Source of the DNA: Candidatus Rifleibacteriota bacterium | Lineage (GTDB): Bacteria > Muiribacteriota > Ozemobacteria > Ozemobacterales > Ozemobacteraceae | Assembly: GCA_051747585.1 (NCBI GenBank) | Contig: JBNJGH010000084.1 | Coordinates: 1-14,639, forward strand | Direction: 5' to 3' | DNA length: 14,639 nucleotides | In this document: positions 9,249-14,639 of the stretch, in pieces | Numbering within the stretch: position 1 is the first letter of the stretch | How the letters are laid out: every line of letters begins with the position of its first letter | Notes under the pieces: model-generated | Seen by the model: only the letters and a program-made list of their open reading frames with translations | Databases searched by the model: none | Told to the model about the DNA's origin: nothing | Translations under genes and position numbers: made by a program

Positions 9249-10697
9249 TTATTGTTGACTGCGATATAGATTGGCTCTGTTGCCACCTTCTTCATGGGCT
9301 TTATTAAGAGCTGTTATTGCATGTCGGGTAAGAAGTTTCGGATCAGAAACATTGTCGGGGTAGCTGGCTATGCCTATTGACATGGTTATATTGAATTCTT
9401 CCCTGTCAAAGGTAAAATTCTGGCGCTCAAGCGCTTCTTTGAGCCTGCCGGCAAGATAAACACAGCCGGCTGTATCGGTAGATGGAAGAAGAATAAAAAA
9501 CCTTTCCTGCACTTGTGAAGCAGTGTCAGTATCTCTGAGAATTTCTTTTATCTCACTGCCGCATTTAACAGCAACTTCATGAGCAAATTCAGGGTTGGTT
9601 TTATTGAAAATTCTTTTGTAATTGTCTATGTCTGCTACCATTATCGATAGAGGGTGGAGATAACGTATAGATCTCGAAGCTTCTTCACTAAAATAACCTC
9701 GCCATACGTTATGAGCAGCAAGCCCTGTTTCTTCGTCTTCGAAAAGGTTGCGATAAAGTTTGTTGCGCTCAATTATCAATGAAGCCAGGGCGCAGAGATC
9801 TTTAACATAAGGTAGATCTTGATTACGAAATACGGGCGGAGAAATTCTGTTGATAAAATTCATAACACCGAGCACTGTTCCATCTGCGCTTGTGATAGGG
9901 GCGCAGAGTAAACTGGCAATTTTGGCATCTCGGCTTGCAAATTCACTGAATTGTTTGAATCTGGGGTCTTTATGTCCCTTGTTGGCTATGAGGGGCAGGG
10001 CATCTTTTATTACCTGGCCGGCGAGTCCTTCGTGGGGCTTTATTCTTATGGATGGGTATTGCTCGTCATCGAGGGCATCCAGAAGGCTTTTTTCTATACC
10101 CCGTACGCAGGCTACTGCCATTTCATTTTTTTCACGATTTATAAGAAGAATAGAAGCCCATTGCACATTCATTGTATTGATAGCTTCATCCAGTATGGCT
10201 TTTAGATTGCTTTGAAAATCGAAAGTGGTGTTTAACGTCTGGGCAACACTCAGGCATGATCTGGTCAACTCAAGTTGTCTGTTTAATTCATTGAGCTGAT
10301 TTTGATTTTTGTCGCCGAGTTTTTCCTGCTTAAGTTGTTTTTTGCTCAGATTTACAATTTCTTTGTTCCATTGATTGTAGATACGGTTCAATTCAGTCGC
10401 TATATCGCTTATATCGTCATAACCATTATCATTGATCGAAGCAGCTGATTTTTTCCTTTCGAAAATCTGTAAAGAGTGTAAAATCCGCCCAAGTGGAGCG
10501 GTGATAGAACCCGCCACCAGCCAGCCGCTAATCAACGCATTGATTATGGCGATCAAGCCTATTACTGCGGCTGTGTTCGTGCTTATAACTATTCCGGTCA
10601 GATGAACATAGAAAAAAATCACCACCGGAAAAAGAGTAGCAAGCAAAAAAGTAATAACAATTCTGGTTTTTATCGAAAAATTTCTAAATAATTGCAA
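9249..10697 (-). CDS. Membrane-anchored HAMP-GAF-GGDEF protein with degenerate GGDEF active site
   Basis: Two N-terminal TM segments, HAMP-like ITAPLGRI..DDISDIATELN, coiled coil, GAF (GLAGQV..SLLCAPI..LGVMNFIN). GGDEF fold (TGL, DIDNYK, ITMSIGIASYP, GGNR) but QVQERF in place of RxGGDEF. TTG start with GGGGT SD. Confidence 0.85.
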   Translation of the reverse strand: MQLFRNFSIKTRIVITFLLATLFPVVIFFYVHLTGIVISTNTAAVIGLIAIINALISGWLVAGSITAPLGRILHSLQIFERKKSAASINDNGYDDISDIATELNRIYNQWNKEIVNLSKKQLKQEKLGDKNQNQLNELNRQLELTRSCLSVAQTLNTTFDFQSNLKAILDEAINTMNVQWASILLINREKNEMAVACVRGIEKSLLDALDDEQYPSIRIKPHEGLAGQVIKDALPLIANKGHKDPRFKQFSEFASRDAKIASLLCAPITSADGTVLGVMNFINRISPPVFRNQDLPYVKDLCALASLIIERNKLYRNLFEDEETGLAAHNVWRGYFSEEASRSIRYLHPLSIMVADIDNYKRIFNKTNPEFAHEVAVKCGSEIKEILRDTDTASQVQERFFILLPSTDTAGCVYLAGRLKEALERQNFTFDREEFNITMSIGIASYPDNVSDPKLLTRHAITALNKAHEEGGNRANLYRSQQ

Positions 10698-10725
10698 ATT
10701 AATGTACCCCGTTGAATTGTGTAGG

Positions 10726-10755
10726 ATTCTATTGTAATCCGAACATTATTGTCAA
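10726..10755 (-). promoter_or_regulatory. Sigma70-type promoter for the GGDEF-metG-tatD-aroB-nrdJ run
   Basis: Minus strand TTGACA (10755-10750), 18-nt spacer, TAGAAT (10731-10726), about 30 nt upstream of the start codon. Confidence 0.65.
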
Positions 10756-10808
10756 TGGAAGGAATTATTTTTTTCCAACTTCTTAATATCGTCTTGATCT
10801 TGCGACAG

Positions 10809-10895
10809 GAATTTCACCGCGAAGGCCTTAAGGAAGATGGAATGCCAATACCTCAACCGGGCAACTATTCAAATTTGATGAAAAATAGGGAGTAA
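10809..10895 (+). pseudogene. C-terminal remnant of a HicB-family antitoxin
   Basis: EFHREGLKEDGMPIPQPGNYSNLMKNRE* resembles the HicB C-terminal motif EFHLEGLxEDGxPIPxP. The upstream in-frame sequence (from ATG 10755) is not HicB-like. Confidence 0.6.
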
Positions 10896-10898
10896 AAA

Positions 10899-11054
10899 AT
10901 GAAAAAGCTTAATTGTATTTTATGTCTGGTTTTAATGTTGTTCTTCGTAAGCGGAGATTTGTCCGCTAAAGATCCTTATAATACAGCTGACGACAGCTGG
11001 ATTACTCTTTCTGGAGTGGTAGTTTCTTCTGACCCGGGAAAGTTTTTTTCTTGA
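10899..11054 (+). pseudogene. Truncated secreted protein, N-terminus resembling YgiW/YdeI-like bacterial OB-fold proteins
   Basis: AGGGAG SD; MKKLNCILCLVLMLFFVSGDLSA signal peptide, then KDPYNTADDSWITLSGVVVSSDPGKFFS* (51 aa), ending just after a T7 tract. Confidence 0.5.
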
Positions 11055-11139
11055 AGCCCAGCGAATAAAGCGCCATCAAGTGAAAAGCTAAAAAAATGAT
11101 GAACTGGATATCAACTTCTGTATCTGAAACTCGGGACAT
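11002..11139 (-). CDS. 45-aa small ORF with one hydrophobic segment (small membrane protein or truncated N-terminus)
   Basis: AGGAGG SD 7 nt upstream of the ATG; MSRVSDTEVDIQFIIFLAFHLMALYSLGFKKKTFPGQKKLPLQKE*. Confidence 0.4.
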   Translation of the reverse strand: MSRVSDTEVDIQFIIFLAFHLMALYSLGFKKKTFPGQKKLPLQKE

Positions 11140-11306
11140 ATGAAAACCTCCTGAAAATGTTGACAAGTAGAAAAATGACTGAGTAAAAGAAATTTTGACT
11201 CGTTAATTTGAAACAAGTAACCTTGTTAAGGAATCGGCAGTCAATTTCATTTTTTCGAGGTTTTCTTTCTTGTTGAAGACTTCTTAATCTCGTCGAAGGA
11301 GACATC

Positions 11307-11429
11307 ATGAAGCTAAAAGTTATTGTGCACAAGGCCGAAGAAGGTGGTTATTGGGCAGAAGTTCCGGCTATCCCGGGATGTGCCACTGGTTCCTGGCTAG
11401 ACAAAGAAGATATCCTTCTCAAAAAGTGA
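11307..11429 (+). pseudogene. hicB: N-terminal fragment of a HicB-family antitoxin, truncated after 27 codons
   Basis: [35 protein letters not shown] is a typical HicB N-terminus. The expected QGET..E continuation is replaced by antisense Rhs sequence from 11388. Confidence 0.85.
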
Positions 11430-12505
11430 TCGGTAGAACTAATTTCGTTGCCCCTTATTACAACTGGATTCCATAGTAACCACCATAGTTTCTTTGTTTG
11501 CCATTCAAAAAAATCTACTCCTTTTACTGCAGTATCGTCTAGAAATACCACGCTGAACATTCCCGTAGGGTCGGTATTAACAACCGGATTATTGGCGGCG
11601 TAGGTGTAAAGATTAGGGCCGCCGTTGAAGCCTATCGGATCTTTGCTGGTGAAGCGGTCTGTTTGGGGTAAATAATAGCGGTTGCGGTTGAAATACTGGT
11701 TTGTGAATGTCGAGTAGCGTCTGCCGGTGTAGAGGTATGGACTAAGCTTGTCGGCAAAGCGTTTGCCGAAGGCGTGGGCGTTGTGTCTTAAGCGACCGAA
11801 ACTTCTGGTTTTACCGATACGCTCGAGAAACTCATCACAGTCGTTGATTCTGCACTTTTCTTTTTCAGGCCAGCTGAAGTTACCCCAGGCATCGTAACCG
11901 ATGCGGGCTATTGCCCGGCCTGCCGGGCCTGCAAGTGCAATGGTCGAAGCCAGCGCATCTTTGAGCATGGCAAGCGAATGCCCCAGGTATTTGCTGTATT
12001 CAATGTCATCGGCTGAAGGCCCGCCGATAAATTCACGAATCAGCTTGTAACCAGCCTTGCTTTTATTGCGACCGTTACCTTTTCGACCTTTTTTGAGCTC
12101 ATATTCATGTGATTCATCTGCGCCGTCATAGATAGAAACGAAGGTTTGCTCTTTTTGGGCGATTCGCGAATCGCCCCTACGATTTATCTGATATTTGCCG
12201 GTTTTGCGGGTTATTCTGCGCCAGTCTTGCGGCAGATATGCGTATTCTTCGTAAACAACGGTTTCTTTGCCATGTTTCAGATGACCGAAACCATGACCGC
12301 GGCGATCTTTTTTATGCTTGCAGTCGCCGCTTGCCTTTTCTACCCGAACCAGTCGGTTGTCTGAATTCCAGCTGTATGAAGCAACCGAATCAGATATCAT
12401 ATTGCCATCTGCATCATAGCTGAAAGTTTCATTGCCTTTGCTCAGCATTCTGCCGGCAGCATCATATTCGTATTTAGTTCGATTATTTTGACATCGAAAA
12501 AGCAA
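11348..12505 (-). CDS. Orphan Rhs core fragment with truncated C-terminal toxin tip
   Basis: YD repeats ([30 protein letters not shown]), [48 protein letters not shown]. The last 13 residues are antisense hicB. Confidence 0.9.
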   Translation of the reverse strand: MLFRCQNNRTKYEYDAAGRMLSKGNETFSYDADGNMISDSVASYSWNSDNRLVRVEKASGDCKHKKDRRGHGFGHLKHGKETVVYEEYAYLPQDWRRITRKTGKYQINRRGDSRIAQKEQTFVSIYDGADESHEYELKKGRKGNGRNKSKAGYKLIREFIGGPSADDIEYSKYLGHSLAMLKDALASTIALAGPAGRAIARIGYDAWGNFSWPEKEKCRINDCDEFLERIGKTRSFGRLRHNAHAFGKRFADKLSPYLYTGRRYSTFTNQYFNRNRYYLPQTDRFTSKDPIGFNGGPNLYTYAANNPVVNTDPTGMFSVVFLDDTAVKGVDFFEWQTKKLWWLLWNPVVIRGNEISSTDHFLRRISSLSSQEPVAHPGIAGTSAQ

Positions 12506-12718
12506 ATCCTCTTATAATCCTCCAATAAATCTTGTTTGTCTATATAGTTTAGCAAAAGAGACTCGTTTTTAACCAGATGTTTTTTTTGTTAATTTCGGCC
12601 CAATAAATGAGTAAAGTGTCCCCCGATCCCTGGTGATAAAAACATCTGTTTTGATTGACAGTTGTTCTTGTTAATCATCATTTTCATAAGCTGGCCCATG
12701 ATGCACCCCTTTCAGTTT

Positions 12719-13045
12719 TCAACTTTTATCAAATATGTCTAAGAGCGTTGTCATTTCTTTTTGGGTTAGTCCTGATTGATCTTCGTCGAATTTTAAAATT
12801 GAATCCTCAAAAGACTTATAGTAAGCCTCAGGATCAATTTCTTGAGCCTGTTGAAACGCTTCCTTTGATTTTTCAGAAAGACCTAAGGCAATATAAATAA
12901 AATACAAGTTCATGTAAGCTGATGCGCTTTTACCATTTGTTTTTATATAATCCAAAGCTAAATGTTCTGACTTTCTAAAGTTGCCACTATAAAAGCTCTG
13001 CCTTAGTTCTTCCATTGTCGTAGATCTGATTTTCAATTTTTTCAA
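12719..13045 (-). CDS. Small TPR-containing protein, candidate immunity protein
   Basis: TPR-like ASAYMNLYFIYIALGLSEKSKEAFQQAQEIDPE with an acidic C-terminus. The TTG start overlaps the upstream TGA (TTGA). Confidence 0.65.
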   Translation of the reverse strand: MKKLKIRSTTMEELRQSFYSGNFRKSEHLALDYIKTNGKSASAYMNLYFIYIALGLSEKSKEAFQQAQEIDPEAYYKSFEDSILKFDEDQSGLTQKEMTTLLDIFDKS

Positions 13046-13577
13046 TTTCTCCCTGTCAGAATATTTGTGAGTATGCGAGCAATTATCTTCCCAATTCTTT
13101 GATCATTAAGAGTATATTTTCTTGTAAGTTTATTTATTTGATCCAGAGCATGAGCTTTTTCTGCTTGAGTGAATTTATGATCTTGAAAAATCCTTTTAAT
13201 CGCCTCAATAAGTTTCTTGACTCTTGGATCTTTTGGATCTTTGAGGTTATTTTTATCAGAACCATTATTAGAATTAGAGAGACCATTGTTGTTATCGCTA
13301 GACGAATTGTTACTACTCTGTAATGGTCGGTTGAGCAATTCACACAGTCGTCCATTCTGTTTATTCCACCAGGATCAAGAGCTCTTTTAACATCTCTGTT
13401 AATATACTCAGCGGCATTTGAAAAGCCTTTGGCAGCCTTATCTATGGCTTTTCCAAAAATTTTATTGTCATTATTGTTGGGATTGTTTAAAGCCGGGGTA
13501 ATCCATTCACCCAGAGCACCTAAGCCAATGATGCCAGCTACTCCATATAGAAGATGGTTTTCGCCATAAGAATTGTT
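13042..13577 (-). pseudogene. Frameshifted orphan Rhs C-terminal toxin tip of unknown family
   Basis: Frame open from 13577: NNSYGENHLLYGVAGIIGLGALGEWITPALNNP..KAIDKAAKGFSNAAEYINRDVKRALDPGGINRMDDCVNCS. It shifts near 13320-13340 into the 13042..13338 frame (SSDNNN linker, DPKDP, basic helical domain). No start codon for the 5' part. Confidence 0.6.
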
Positions 13578-13608
13578 TCAAAAAAGATGTGGTTTATTGA
13601 GCGCTTAC

Positions 13609-13689
13609 TCAGTATTCTAATTCCCAGGACTGATTAACATTAACCTTTGTAGGATCTTCTGGCTGCTTAATTGCAGTGTTATCCGTCAT
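13609..13689 (-). pseudogene. DUF3606-like remnant
   Basis: GAGGAG SD, ATGA overlap with the DUF2283 stop. MTDNTAIKQPEDPTKVNVNQSWELEY* resembles the DUF3606 N-terminus (MxD..PxDxxxIN..E..YW), with TGA at the expected Trp. Confidence 0.6.
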
Positions 13690-13931
13690 TTTTCTTTCTC
13701 CTCATTATTTTTACCATTTGTTTTATTCGTTAAAAATTTTTCTGCAAAATATTTGGAGCCTGGCTGTATCTCAATCCCCATTAATTTACCATCTAAGTCA
13801 AACAGCAAACCGATTTCATTATCTAGTTCTTTGGGCCAAATTTCCTTTTCGTATTTCCACTTTTCTTTTTCAATATCATCCAAAAACCAGATATATAAAC
13901 CGTCAACTTCAGGATCATATTCTGTCTGCAT
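13686..13931 (-). CDS. DUF2283-family protein, candidate immunity/antitoxin
   Basis: YDPEVDGLYI..LLFDLDGKLMGIEIQPGSK matches the DUF2283 pattern YD.E.DALYI..D..G..GIEI..AS. AGAGGA SD overlaps the toxin stop. Confidence 0.85.
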   Translation of the reverse strand: MQTEYDPEVDGLYIWFLDDIEKEKWKYEKEIWPKELDNEIGLLFDLDGKLMGIEIQPGSKYFAEKFLTNKTNGKNNEEKEK

Positions 13932-13943
13932 TTTATTTATCCT

Positions 13944-14639
13944 CTAAAATCCAAAACCAGTTAATGGTCGAATGCTCATAATAAGCTTTCTTGTTTCGTC
14001 AACCGCCACAATGACATTTTTATGGCGAAAAACTTTGATGATATTCCCAGCAAATTTTCCTGTCCCCGATTCAACAGTTACTTGACCAGAAGCCTTTGCA
14101 CCACGAATAACATTTTTTACCAATTTCTCGGTTGCTCATCGACCTAAACCACTTTTGCGCCAAGCATGATTTGAAACCTTATAGCCTTCAATTTCAGAAT
14201 TTTTTCGAATAGGTGTATCTTTTTCATGTTCATCATCAGGATCTTCATCTGGATCAGGCTGCCCAGCTTCAGATGAGTCTATCAGAGGAGGATTGTTATC
14301 TGAAGAACCTTCTTGAGAAGCTAGATATATTCGTTGCGCCGCATCATATGGTAGTAACTGACAAGTTATTCCGTGATAGGCATCTTTTATTTTATCTGCC
14401 GACCAATTAGCTCCAGCCTTTACCTTATTAACAAAAGATCTTAGGTTCTCTTTGCCTTTTGGAGTATTAATATAGACTATAGCTGCACCAGCAAGTATTT
14501 CCTTAACCGTAAAGTAAGTAAGAACGCCAGCAATATTACCGTATGGATCTACATAAATCAGCGGATTATTGTTCGCATACCTGTAGAGGTTATTTCCTCC
14601 GTTGAAGCCAATGGGGTCTTTTGAGGTGAATCTGCCGAG
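13944..14639 (-). pseudogene. Rhs core end plus C-terminal toxin (DUF4258/BECR-like RNase) with one in-frame TGA; partial at window edge
   Basis: [34 protein letters not shown], hydrophobic segment, acidic linker, then GYKVSNHAWRKSGLGR*ATEKLVKNVIRGAKASGQVTVESGTGKFAGNIIKVFRHKNVIVAVDETRKLIMSIRPLTGFGF*. TGA at 14138-14136, final TAG at 13946-13944. Confidence 0.85.

Noticed and set aside
1010..10215. Short + strand ORFs and the 8580..8762 minus ORF inside the large genes
   Set aside because: Wholly overlapped by well-supported conserved genes, with no recognisable motifs.
11111..11332. 73-aa minus-strand ORF
   Set aside because: Overlaps the hicB start and the SD of the 45-aa ORF; no motif or convincing SD.
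12589..12699. 36-aa minus ORF MGQLMKMMINKNN.. with AAGGGG SD
   Set aside because: Too short and featureless; cannot be distinguished from chance.
13609..14138. TGA recoding (Gly, Trp or Sec) to explain the two premature TGAs
   Set aside because: The two sites would need different amino acids (Gly and Trp). The long housekeeping genes have no in-frame TGA, and TGA ends the MBL, TPR and DUF2283 genes. Point mutation is simpler.
12146..14410. + strand ORFs in the Rhs array (12146, 12238, 12655, 13099, 13676, 13753, 14213)
   Set aside because: Antisense to better-supported minus-strand Rhs, toxin and immunity frames.
10700..14639. CRISPR array, integron attC cassettes or intact IS
   Set aside because: No regularly spaced repeats, no convincing attC palindromes and no transposase or integrase frame found.

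Overview
Bacterial chromosome segment with two parts. Left (1-10700) is mostly housekeeping DNA. It starts with the acidic/basic C-terminal tail of a + strand gene and a bidirectional terminator. A minus-strand run follows: degenerate HAMP-GAF-GGDEF protein, metG, tatD, aroB and class II (B12) ribonucleotide reductase nrdJ, then a separately promoted, secreted multi-domain ComEC-type MBL hydrolase. Right (10750-14639) is a decayed polymorphic-toxin (Rhs) orphan array largely missed by the ORF track. It contains (i) an Rhs tip with a DUF4258/BECR-like RNase domain broken by one in-frame TGA, followed by an intact DUF2283 gene; (ii) a DUF3606 remnant; (iii) a frameshifted orphan toxin tip coupled to a TPR protein; and (iv) an Rhs core fragment with unusual basic/His-rich insertions whose toxin tip is cut off head-to-head against a hicB fragment. 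A mosaic of short gene fragments lies between the two parts. All family calls are from motif recognition by eye; no database search was run.
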